NCBI GenBank assembly: GCA_963702895.1
Contig: OY969767.1
Location: 2,112,001 to 2,176,000 of the forward strand
DNA: 64,000 bases
From: an uncultured Elusimicrobia bacterium
GTDB taxonomy: Bacteria > Elusimicrobiota > Elusimicrobia > 2-01-FULL-59-12
Direction of reading: 5' to 3'
The notes below the pieces were generated by a model. It had not been told where the DNA came from. It ran no database searches and saw only the letters and a program-made list of their open reading frames with translations. This document shows, piece after piece, positions 29,846-40,073 of this stretch; the first letter of the stretch is position 1; each line of letters starts with the position of its first letter. Made by a program: the position numbers and the translations under genes.

Positions 29846-30667
29846 TTATAGAGTTTTGCCGGTCCGAAGGAGCGCCTCAAAATCAGGCACGGGGATGGGG
29901 CGGCTGAAGTAGTAGCCTTGCATTTTGTCGCAGTGATGTTTCTTGAGGATGGAAAGTTCGGAAGCCGTCTCGACGCCTTCGGCCACGACATCCATGCGGA
30001 GGCTGTGGGCCAGCACAATGACGGCCGAGACAATGGCCTCCTCTTTCGCATCCGATGCCAAATCCTTCACAAACGAGCGGTCGATCTTGAGCGTATCGAT
30101 GGGGAAGTGCTTCAAATGGCTCAAGGAGGAATAGCCTGTGCCGAAATCATCCAGCGAGATGTGCACGCCGAGACTTTTGAGCTCTCTCAAGATCGCCAGT
30201 GTGAAATCGGCGTCCTGCATGGCGTAGGTTTCCGTGATTTCCAGGTCCAGACATTGCGGGTCAAGTTTTGCTGCCTCTAAGGCGTCGGCCACCTTTTCCA
30301 CCAAATCCTGATGATGGAACTGCCGCCCGCTCAAATTGACAGCGACTGTCAAACGCGGCAATCCGAGGTTTTGCCAGGCTTTGTTCTGGGCGCATGCGGT
30401 GTTTAACACCCATTCCCCCAGCGGCACAATGAGGCCGCTTTCTTCCGCGACGGGAATAAATTCCGACGGTGGCATCATCCCGAGGTCGGAGACCTCCCAC
30501 CGCAGGAGCGCCTCCATCCCCACAATTTTGCCTGTTCCTAGGTCTACTGTGGGTTGATAAAAGAGTTTGAATTCTTGGTTTTCGATCGCACGCTTCAGGC
30601 GGCCGGTCAGCGCGAACTGATGTGCCGCTTCAAGACCCTCTTCGGCTTTGGACAGGGGTTTGCTCAT
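29846..30667 (-). CDS. Stand-alone EAL phosphodiesterase
   Basis: EALLRW, LEITE, DDFGTGYSS, KIDRSF, VAEGVE, QGYYFSRP. Confidence 0.93.
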   Translation of the reverse strand: MSKPLSKAEEGLEAAHQFALTGRLKRAIENQEFKLFYQPTVDLGTGKIVGMEALLRWEVSDLGMMPPSEFIPVAEESGLIVPLGEWVLNTACAQNKAWQNLGLPRLTVAVNLSGRQFHHQDLVEKVADALEAAKLDPQCLDLEITETYAMQDADFTLAILRELKSLGVHISLDDFGTGYSSLSHLKHFPIDTLKIDRSFVKDLASDAKEEAIVSAVIVLAHSLRMDVVAEGVETASELSILKKHHCDKMQGYYFSRPIPVPDFEALLRTGKTL

Positions 30668-30736
30668 GACAGTTTAGTTTTACGTTGATTTTTCAACTTC
30701 GCAAGGCTTTTTTTACCACCCGGGATTTGATTTGAT

Positions 30737-31360
30737 ATGCGCATGAGCGTCAAACGGTTTCTGGCCGCGTCCCTCCTGGTCGCGCTTCCCCTGGTGGTTC
30801 TTCGGTACGCCAAAAAGACCCACTGGGGTCAACTGCAAAATTCTCCGCCGGCGCGTCAGAAGGGCGATCCCTCCGCGAAGGTCCTGATCGTCCAGTTTTC
30901 CGATTTCCAGTGCCCCAGTTGCGCCACGGTGGAGCCGGCCGTTCATCAGTTTTTGGACGTCTACAAAGGAAAAATCAAGGTGCTCTACAAGTACTATCCC
31001 CTGACACGCATCCATAAAAATGCGATGCCGGCCGCCCATGCGGCGGAATGCGCCGCCAGACAGAATCAATTCTGGCCTTATCACGACAAACTTTATGAAA
31101 CCCAACGCCAGTGGGCACTTCTCGCGGACCCGACCACGACCTTTATGTCCTACGGCAAAGCTCTGGAATTGGACATGGATCAATTCCGCACTTGTTATGC
31201 GGACCCGACCCCCTTGGTCTCGATCGAAGCCGATGCCAGGGAGGCCGTGGAACGAGAAGTCCGCGCCACGCCGACCTTTTTTGTTGGCGAAGAACGTCTG
31301 GTCGGCAACGTGTTTATGACGGATGGAGCACGGGCGATCGAAAAGGCCTTAAGGCAATGA
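30737..31360 (+). CDS. DsbA-family thioredoxin-fold protein
   Basis: FSDFQCPSC, ATPTFFV. Confidence 0.88.
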   Translation: MRMSVKRFLAASLLVALPLVVLRYAKKTHWGQLQNSPPARQKGDPSAKVLIVQFSDFQCPSCATVEPAVHQFLDVYKGKIKVLYKYYPLTRIHKNAMPAAHAAECAARQNQFWPYHDKLYETQRQWALLADPTTTFMSYGKALELDMDQFRTCYADPTPLVSIEADAREAVEREVRATPTFFVGEERLVGNVFMTDGARAIEKALRQ

Positions 31361-31875
31361 GTGACGACCGAAAACCTCCCCTCGACGTGGGCCCGGAGAA
31401 AGCGCTCCTTCCCTTGCCCGTCATATCGTCTTCTTGGATCCTCCTGCTTTCTTTGGTCTTTCGGATGTTGATCGGCGGCGTCCTGATCTATGCGGGTTTC
31501 ATGAAGGCGATCAGGCCGACCGCTGAGTTTGCCGCCGTCCTGTCCGCCTATCAAATTGTGCCGCCCTGGGCCATTCCGCACCTTGCCCTCGCTGTTCCTT
31601 ATCTTGAGATGTGGATTGGGCTTTTCGTCTTTTTGGGTCTTTACGCTCGGTTGGCGCCCCTGGCGGCTTGTGGGATTTTTAGCGTCTTCGTGGTGGTGCT
31701 TACAGCCGCGCTTGCACGCGGGATCGATCTGGCCTCCTGTGGCTGCTTTGGTCCGGGGGTTCTTTCTCCTCGCAAGACTCTCCTGTTGGACATCGTGCTC
31801 CTGCTTATGTCGTTTTGGCTCTATAGGATCAATAAATATCCACAAAGCCTGACGCTGGATGACCTGCTGAGTTAA
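31357..31875 (+). CDS. MauE/DoxX-family membrane redox protein
   Basis: Four TMs, YAG..K, PYLE, CGCFG; ATG overlaps the dsbA-like stop. Confidence 0.85.
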   Translation: MSDDRKPPLDVGPEKALLPLPVISSSWILLLSLVFRMLIGGVLIYAGFMKAIRPTAEFAAVLSAYQIVPPWAIPHLALAVPYLEMWIGLFVFLGLYARLAPLAACGIFSVFVVVLTAALARGIDLASCGCFGPGVLSPRKTLLLDIVLLLMSFWLYRINKYPQSLTLDDLLS

Positions 31876-32936
31876 ACCAGAGGGATACGATTAATTTCTT
31901 GGAAGTTGGCGGATTGAGGCACGCCGTATTGCGCGCGGTACCAGGGAAGCAGGACCTCCAGAAGCACTTTCACCATGCTGGCCACTGGAATGGCGAAGAG
32001 AATCCCCCAAAAACCGAACAGTTTGGCTCCAGCCATCAGGGAGAAGATGATGAGGACGGGATGCAGACGGACGGCTTTGCGCATCACCAGCGGCTGAATG
32101 AACCAATCTTCGATAAAACGAACGGTCCCGCACACGGCGAGGACTTTGAGCACTCCCAGGAACGTTCCCCACTGAAACAAGGCAACCCCGCTGCCCAGGA
32201 TAGCGCCGACGACCGGCCCTAAATACGGAACGATGTTCACAAATCCTACGAGCATCGCAATCTGGACAGCATAATCGAGCTCGATCACCCAGAACCCGGC
32301 AAGGGCGATCGACCCCACCAAGAGAGCTTCTAGGCAGACGCCGCGGACATACTTCCCCAGTGAATTATCAATCTCCACCAGAAGCCCAAGAACCATTTCC
32401 ACATAAGCGGACGGGACCCACTTCAGGACCAGGTCGCGAAAGCGGGGTCCCTCCTGGATCAAAAAGAAGCCGATAAAGGGAACAAGAAAAACAATTTCAA
32501 GAATAGGAAAGATCCCCATCGCGAACGATGGCATGCGGCCCAAAATCTGACCCGGCCATTGTCTGCCATGAAGAGCCACATAGTCCACCAGCGTGCGATC
32601 GAGCTTGGTGTTGGCCTGCCAATGCGCGAAGGCCTCGCTGCCTTTCTGGACATAGAGCGGCATATTGCGCGTAGCCTTTTCCGCTTCAAGGCCCGCCACC
32701 GTCGCGAGTTTGTAGGCAAAAAGCGCGAAAAGTGTCATCAGCGTCACATACAGCACGATGACCACAGGCTGGCGCCGCAGACCCCGCACTTCAAAAAAAC
32801 GAACGAGCGGGTTTAAGAGATAGGCGAGCACCGCGGCCAGAATAAAGGGCAACAAGATTGCTTGCACGCGGTAAAGAAGGTAGCCCAGGAAGGCAAAGGT
32901 GATGGCGGGCAACGCTGTTCGTCCGGACCAACTCAA
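31872..32936 (-). CDS. AI-2E family transporter (PerM-like)
   Basis: PFILAAVLAYLLNPLV, NIVPYLGP, LHP, GFWGILFAIP. Confidence 0.9.
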   Translation of the reverse strand: MSWSGRTALPAITFAFLGYLLYRVQAILLPFILAAVLAYLLNPLVRFFEVRGLRRQPVVIVLYVTLMTLFALFAYKLATVAGLEAEKATRNMPLYVQKGSEAFAHWQANTKLDRTLVDYVALHGRQWPGQILGRMPSFAMGIFPILEIVFLVPFIGFFLIQEGPRFRDLVLKWVPSAYVEMVLGLLVEIDNSLGKYVRGVCLEALLVGSIALAGFWVIELDYAVQIAMLVGFVNIVPYLGPVVGAILGSGVALFQWGTFLGVLKVLAVCGTVRFIEDWFIQPLVMRKAVRLHPVLIIFSLMAGAKLFGFWGILFAIPVASMVKVLLEVLLPWYRAQYGVPQSANFQEINRIPLV

Positions 32937-33451
32937 AGCGCTTCCTTCACCTTCACGGTGGAGACAATCGAGATCGGCGTGGTGTTCGTCATCGCCCGGA
33001 GGCGCGCGACCAAGAGCATCCCGAGATGCATCATAATGGCCGCGCCGACATGCGGCACGTGTTTGATCAGCTTTTCAAGCTCTGTTTTATAGAGCAGATG
33101 AACCTTCACGGGTTCCATCGCGGCGGCGGTGGCGCTGCGCGCGCACTCATCCAAGAGGGACATTTCGCCAAAATAGTCCCCCGGCTCAAGGACCGCAAGC
33201 ACAAGGAGATCTCCGGTGGGTGATTTCCTGGAGAGCTCCACACGTCCGGATTCCAGAATATAGAGCGCGCGGCCGATATCCCCCTCATGAAAGAGTATTT
33301 CACCTGGAGCGTACGTCCGGACCACCAGCGCCTGGAAGAGATGGCCAAATTCTCGGCGTGAAATGCCGTCGAAGAGAGAGACCCGCTGCAGGAACTTCCT
33401 TTTCCGGTTAAATTCGGGGTCGAGCCACGCGTCGCGTAACCACCTGATCAT
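32933..33451 (-). CDS. Cyclic nucleotide-binding domain protein
   Basis: LFHEGD, LYILESG.V, GDYFGEMSLL, RSATA. Confidence 0.9.
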   Translation of the reverse strand: MIRWLRDAWLDPEFNRKRKFLQRVSLFDGISRREFGHLFQALVVRTYAPGEILFHEGDIGRALYILESGRVELSRKSPTGDLLVLAVLEPGDYFGEMSLLDECARSATAAAMEPVKVHLLYKTELEKLIKHVPHVGAAIMMHLGMLLVARLRAMTNTTPISIVSTVKVKEAL

Positions 33452-33549
33452 GGTTCGAGCTCCAGAAATCCGGCGCTCGTCCGCCTGGCCGTGTGGCGGA
33501 CGACACTGCTCACCATGACCCTGAGCGCTAACGAGGGTACCGAGTTAGC
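33449..33549. repeat. Family C repeat with a nested family D hairpin (33478-33502)
   Basis: catggttcgag...[cgtccgcctggccgtgtggcggacg]...ctcaccatgaccctgagc...gagggt. Confidence 0.75.
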
Positions 33550-33564
33550 CGGGAATCTTCTGTT

Positions 33565-33656
33565 GACGTCACCCCGGAGGTCCGTTATCCGGGGTCCATC
33601 ATCGACGGCAAAGAATTGATGGATCCCCCCCTTACGACCGGGGGGGATGACGGTAC
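33565..33656. repeat. Family A repeat, full length
   Basis: Near-exact reverse complement of 60211-60302 apart from a 13-nt central spacer. Confidence 0.9.
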
Positions 33657-33709
33657 AAAAAAGTCCCGACGTCTCAGTCGATAAAGAACGTTCAACAGAA
33701 CTTTTCCGG

Positions 33710-35964
<2,255 letters not shown>

Positions 35965-36220
35965 TCAGCCTAAATCACTCCGCCTTTACACCCTCCCCGT
36001 TGACTTTCCTATCATGGACAAGTTGCGCTGATTTCACTTCATCGTCATTGGTCTGTAACACGCGTCCGCTATGCTTCATACCAGAAGCAAAAGTTGGATG
36101 CGGGATCACACATTGGACATGGACGGCATCCAAGTCATATAATCTCTCGCTAAATAATAGTTTGAATGACTGGGCATAGATAGCATGCAAGAAATCTAAA
36201 AATACAAAAAGGAGATATTC

Positions 36221-36451
36221 ATGAAAAGATTCCTTCGAGTCCTGGCCGTGTTGTCACTGATTGTCACAATGGGTGGTGTTGGCATTAGCTCCGCGGATAC
36301 CTGTGATGAATTACAAGCGGCGGTTCAGGAGACAGAGACTGAGTATTGGGCCTGTATGGCGATATGGGGTTCATGGAGCGCTTGCATTAACCAAGATTAT
36401 GCGAGGATAATGGCCAAGCAAGCATATAATAATAGTCCGTGCATGTATTGA
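36221..36451 (+). CDS. Small secreted four-Cys protein
   Basis: Strong AAAGGAG RBS, classical signal peptide (MKR + hydrophobic + SSA), downstream hairpin. Confidence 0.7.
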   Translation: MKRFLRVLAVLSLIVTMGGVGISSADTCDELQAAVQETETEYWACMAIWGSWSACINQDYARIMAKQAYNNSPCMY

Positions 36452-36478
36452 AGAGTTAACCTGGTAAACGGTTGGCTT

Positions 36479-36515
36479 AGCCCCTCGGGTTTGCCTAAGG
36501 CATCCTCGAGGGGCT
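36479..36515 (+). terminator. Possible terminator hairpin
   Basis: agcccctcgg...tcgaggggct stem after the small ORF; weak U-tract. Confidence 0.35.
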
Positions 36516-36720
36516 GGTTTGTGCGAGAGTTTGATGGCCGTGCCGTAAGCTGGAGAAGGACCTCGTGTGGTGATTCCAACGTAGCTTTATTTATACGGGA
36601 GCGATTTTGGCCAGCGTCAAGGCGCGACGAGCGAGTCCGCCACCGATTCAATGGCGGATAAGCTCAGCACCTGTAAATCACAAGAACCCTCCTTCGAAGA
36701 AATTGTAAAATCCTTCAGCT

Positions 36721-36933
36721 ATGGCTTCGAAGGCGAATCCGTTTCAGATGGATAGAACTGCCTTTTCTGTGGCATCGCTTGAGAACCCATCGGACGAACC
36801 CTCGTACTGGTTCTCACGGTCACCTTTGGAACGCCTGGCCGTCGTGGAATTTCTACGACAATTAAACTATGGACCTTCATCTACCTCCCGACTTCAAAGA
36901 ATTTTTGAGATTGTTCAACGCCCACCGCGTTGA
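36721..36933 (+). CDS. Small protein paired with a nucleotidyltransferase (antitoxin-like)
   Basis: YW.SRSP.ERL..VE.LR motif typical of small partners of NTases; overlaps the next gene. Confidence 0.6.
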   Translation: MASKANPFQMDRTAFSVASLENPSDEPSYWFSRSPLERLAVVEFLRQLNYGPSSTSRLQRIFEIVQRPPR

Positions 36934-37318
36934 CTATCTGCTCATTGGCGGTTATGCGGTCGCTTATCATGGGTATCCGCGAGCGACGGCGGATATGGAT
37001 ATTTGGATCGCTGTAAATTCTCGAAACGCGCAGCAGGTCGTTAGTGCCCTAAAGGAATTTGGATTTCATCCTCCGGAATTGTCCGCCGACACCTTCTTAA
37101 AAGAGGGCCAGGTGATTCGAATGGGCGTTCCACCCGTTCGCATCGAATTGCTGACAAGCATTTCAGGCGTTCGTTTCCAGGAATGTTTCGCCGCCAAAAC
37201 CCTGGCCAACGTAGAGGGGATAGACATTCCGATTATTAATCTCGCCCATTTAAAAGCCAACAAAAAGAAAGCCGCTCGACATAAAGACCTGAACGACCTG
37301 GAAAATCTTCCTCCCTGA
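36869..37318 (+). CDS. Minimal nucleotidyltransferase-fold protein (TA-associated type)
   Basis: YLLIGGYAV.YHGYPRAT.DMD, L.ANK.A.R.KDL.D. Confidence 0.8.
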   Translation: MDLHLPPDFKEFLRLFNAHRVDYLLIGGYAVAYHGYPRATADMDIWIAVNSRNAQQVVSALKEFGFHPPELSADTFLKEGQVIRMGVPPVRIELLTSISGVRFQECFAAKTLANVEGIDIPIINLAHLKANKKKAARHKDLNDLENLPP

Positions 37319-37551
37319 CTTTAGAACTTACAGAGTAGCTCGTGGGGTGATTCCCATCAAATAACTCGACGAAATATGGGGGGGTTTGGGGACGATGCTT
37401 CCTTTCTTCCTCTCAAGACCGTTGTGAGAGAAACTCCCTCCCCCTCCCCGCCCAAACTCATTGCTTGTTGTTCAGGGTACCTTCCGCGGAATTTTCCTAT
37501 ACTTTCTCCCACGTCCATGTTCCGAATCCGAGAAACATACGGGGCAGTCTC

Positions 37552-38754
37552 TTGAACGATCCCTTTGACATCCTGGTCATCGGCGGCGGGATCGTGGGTG
37601 TTGCCACAGCGCGCGCGATCCTGCAGCGCAAGCCCAAAATCCGTCTTGCCCTCCTCGAGAAAGAGCCGCGCCTGGCCGAGCACACGAGCGGCCGCAACAG
37701 TGGCGTCCTCCATGCCGGATACAACCAAAAGCCCGCGACCCTGAAGGCGCGGCTTTGCGTGACGGGCAACCGCCTGATGCAGGACTTCTGTCGAACCCAC
37801 CACCTGCCCCTCCTGAACAACGGCATCCTCGTGGTCGCGCGAAAACCCGAAGAGATCGAGACGCTCCAAGAGCTTCATGCGCGCGGCGTCGCAAACGCTG
37901 TCCCGGGACTGGAGCTCATCGACCGGAAGGAACTCGAACACCGGGAGCCCCGTGTCACGGGACTTCGGGCGCTCTGGGCGCCGAGCGGCGCGTCCATTGA
38001 CGCGCCGGCCGTCGTGCGGCGTCTGGCCGAAGACGTACGGGCCCGCGGCGGGGTGATCTTCCTTAAGGAAGAGGCCCGTGACATCGCGCGAACTTCGAGC
38101 GGATTCATCGTTGAGACCACCACGGGGACCTTCGCCAGCACCTTCATCGTGAACTGCGCCGGCTTGCAGGCGGACAGGATCGCGCACAAGATGGGGGCGG
38201 GCCGGGACTTTATGATCGTACCGTTCCGGGGCGAATACTACCTCCTCAAGGACGCTCTGAAAAGCCCCGTGGACGCCATGATTTACCCTGTGCCGGACCT
38301 GCGATTTCCCTTCCTCGGCATCCATTGGACCAAGACGGTCCATGGCGAATTCAAGGTGGGGCCCAACGCGATCCTTGCATTTGGCAGGGAGTCTTATCGA
38401 TTCAGCGATATCCGCCCGCTGGACTGTCTGGAATGGTTCAGGCGGCCGGCCTTTTGGAGAATGCTCGGCCAGCCGGAGTTCCGGCGCCTCTTGCGCGAGC
38501 AGGCGGGAACATCGCTGAGCCCGCGGCGCTTTCTCGAAAAGGCGGCCGCTTTTGTCGAGGGCGTCACCTGGCGTGATTTTCAGCGCGGGCCCGCCGGGAT
38601 TCGCGCGCAGCTCGTGGACCGCCAAGGCCGCATGGTCGATGACCTCCTCATCGAAGAGCAAAACAGCGCTCTCCACGTGTTGAACGCCGTCTCTCCCGGC
38701 CTCACCTGCTCGCTCGCGTTTGCGGAGTACTTAGCTGAAAAAGTGGCCGTCTAA
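37552..38754 (+). CDS. lhgO: L-2-hydroxyglutarate oxidase-like FAD oxidoreductase
   Basis: IGGGIVG, HTSGRNSGVLHAG, NCAGLQAD, PFRGEY, IYPVPD.RFPFLG.H, GIRAQ, NAVSPGLT; start uncertain (TTG 37552). Confidence 0.85.
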   Translation: MNDPFDILVIGGGIVGVATARAILQRKPKIRLALLEKEPRLAEHTSGRNSGVLHAGYNQKPATLKARLCVTGNRLMQDFCRTHHLPLLNNGILVVARKPEEIETLQELHARGVANAVPGLELIDRKELEHREPRVTGLRALWAPSGASIDAPAVVRRLAEDVRARGGVIFLKEEARDIARTSSGFIVETTTGTFASTFIVNCAGLQADRIAHKMGAGRDFMIVPFRGEYYLLKDALKSPVDAMIYPVPDLRFPFLGIHWTKTVHGEFKVGPNAILAFGRESYRFSDIRPLDCLEWFRRPAFWRMLGQPEFRRLLREQAGTSLSPRRFLEKAAAFVEGVTWRDFQRGPAGIRAQLVDRQGRMVDDLLIEEQNSALHVLNAVSPGLTCSLAFAEYLAEKVAV

Positions 38755-40073
38755 GTACGAATAGAAGAGGCGTGCCACGCCGCCGTTGTCCTGAGCAAAA
38801 TCTGAAGATCCTCTTCATGATGGTCCGAACTGACGCTGAAGCGGAGGCGGCATTGGCCGGCGCGCACGGTCGGTGGCCTAATCGCCGGAGCATACATCCC
38901 ATGTTCCTTCAGGTGTGCCGCAAAGCGGAGCGCCCTCTCCGGACTCCCGAGAAGAATCGGGACAATCTGGCTTTTTGAAGAAAGCGTGTCCCAGCCCTGT
39001 TCGCGCAGGCCATCGCGGAGTTTCTTTGAAAGCTCATACAGCTTGCGCCGCGGCGCCGGGTCCTCCTGCGCGATGATCAAAGCGGTCCGAGCGGCCGCGG
39101 CGCAGACGGGCGAGAGCCCGGTGGTGTAGATGAACGATCGCGCTTTGTTGACGAGGAGCTCAATCGTGCTCTTGGAAGCAGCCACAAAGCCCCCCTGGCT
39201 GCCGAGCGCCTTGGAGAGAGTGCCGACGACGATGACCGTATCGGAGTGTCGGAGTATCGGGGTAACGGGGTGTCGGGGTATCGGGGTAACGGCGTGGATG
39301 TTACTCCGGTACTCCGGTACTCCGGTACTCCGATACTCCGATACACCTATGCGCCGGTTCGCTGGCTCGTGCATTTGACATGTCGCCGGTTCTCCGGTTC
39401 GCCGGTGCGCCGGTTCGAACAGTAGACCCCTCCCGTCCTCGCCCCACACGGCAATCGCGTGCGCTTCATCGATGAGCGAGATGGCGTTGTATGTTTTGGC
39501 CACGGTTAGAAGCTCATTCAACGGCGCGAAGTCCCCGTCCATCGAAAAGAGGCTTTCGGTGACCAGAAGCCGGCGCCGGTAGGATGCCGCGCGCATGAGC
39601 GCCGCCTCCGCGGATGCTGGATCGGCGTGCTTATAGACGAAGAGGCGGGCCCCGGAGAGCAGCGCGGCGTCGATGAGGGAGGCGTGGCAAAGCCGGTCCA
39701 TGACGATGGCGTCTCCCGGACCCACGAGGGAGCTCACCACGCCGACGTTCGCCTGGTAGCCCGTGGGAAAGAGGAGCGCCGCTTCCGTGCCGAGATAAGC
39801 AGCGAGCTCATTTTCGAGGTCCTGATGCAGAAGGGTCGTGCCGCTGATGAGGCGCGAGGAGGTCGCGCCGACTCCCCAATGATCGAGCGCCGCCTTGGCC
39901 GCTTCCACCACTCGAGGATGGCGGGCGAGTCCCAGGTAATTGTTGGAGGAGAAATTGACGTAAGTTTTGCCGTCGATCGTGACGCGGCTGCCTTCCGCCC
40001 GGCTCACGGGATGAAGCTCTCGCCTTAAAGATTGTTCATCGAGCGTGGCAAGTTCTTGCTCAAAGGTTGTCAT
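38751..40073 (-). CDS. bioF: 8-amino-7-oxononanoate synthase, with in-frame repeat insert
   Basis: NFSSNNYLGL, SSRLISG, HASLID, SLFSMDGD, DEAH, TLSKALG, IRPPTV; ATG overlaps the upstream stop. Confidence 0.95.
   Translation of the reverse strand: MTTFEQELATLDEQSLRRELHPVSRAEGSRVTIDGKTYVNFSSNNYLGLARHPRVVEAAKAALDHWGVGATSSRLISGTTLLHQDLENELAAYLGTEAALLFPTGYQANVGVVSSLVGPGDAIVMDRLCHASLIDAALLSGARLFVYKHADPASAEAALMRAASYRRRLLVTESLFSMDGDFAPLNELLTVAKTYNAISLIDEAHAIAVWGEDGRGLLFEPAHRRTGEPATCQMHEPANRRIGVSEYRSTGVPEYRSNIHAVTPIPRHPVTPILRHSDTVIVVGTLSKALGSQGGFVAASKSTIELLVNKARSFIYTTGLSPVCAAAARTALIIAQEDPAPRRKLYELSKKLRDGLREQGWDTLSSKSQIVPILLGSPERALRFAAHLKEHGMYAPAIRPPTVRAGQCRLRFSVSSDHHEEDLQILLRTTAAWHASSIRT
39238..39417. 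repeat. Inverted octamer tandem arrays inside bioF
   Basis: About 7 cggRgtRW units, then reverse-orientation Dtactccg units, then cgccggtt units. Confidence 0.9.

Noticed and set aside
29830..30051. N-terminal extension of the REC-GGDEF-EAL ORF, or fusion with the upstream EAL gene
   Set aside because: The extension is an alternative frame of the EAL gene; the receiver domain begins cleanly at ATG 29829.
37357..38676. 439-aa antisense ORF opposite lhgO (likewise 54453-55697, 57661-58716, 26696-27670)
   Set aside because: These are shadow ORFs typical of GC-rich coding DNA and have no recognisable motifs.
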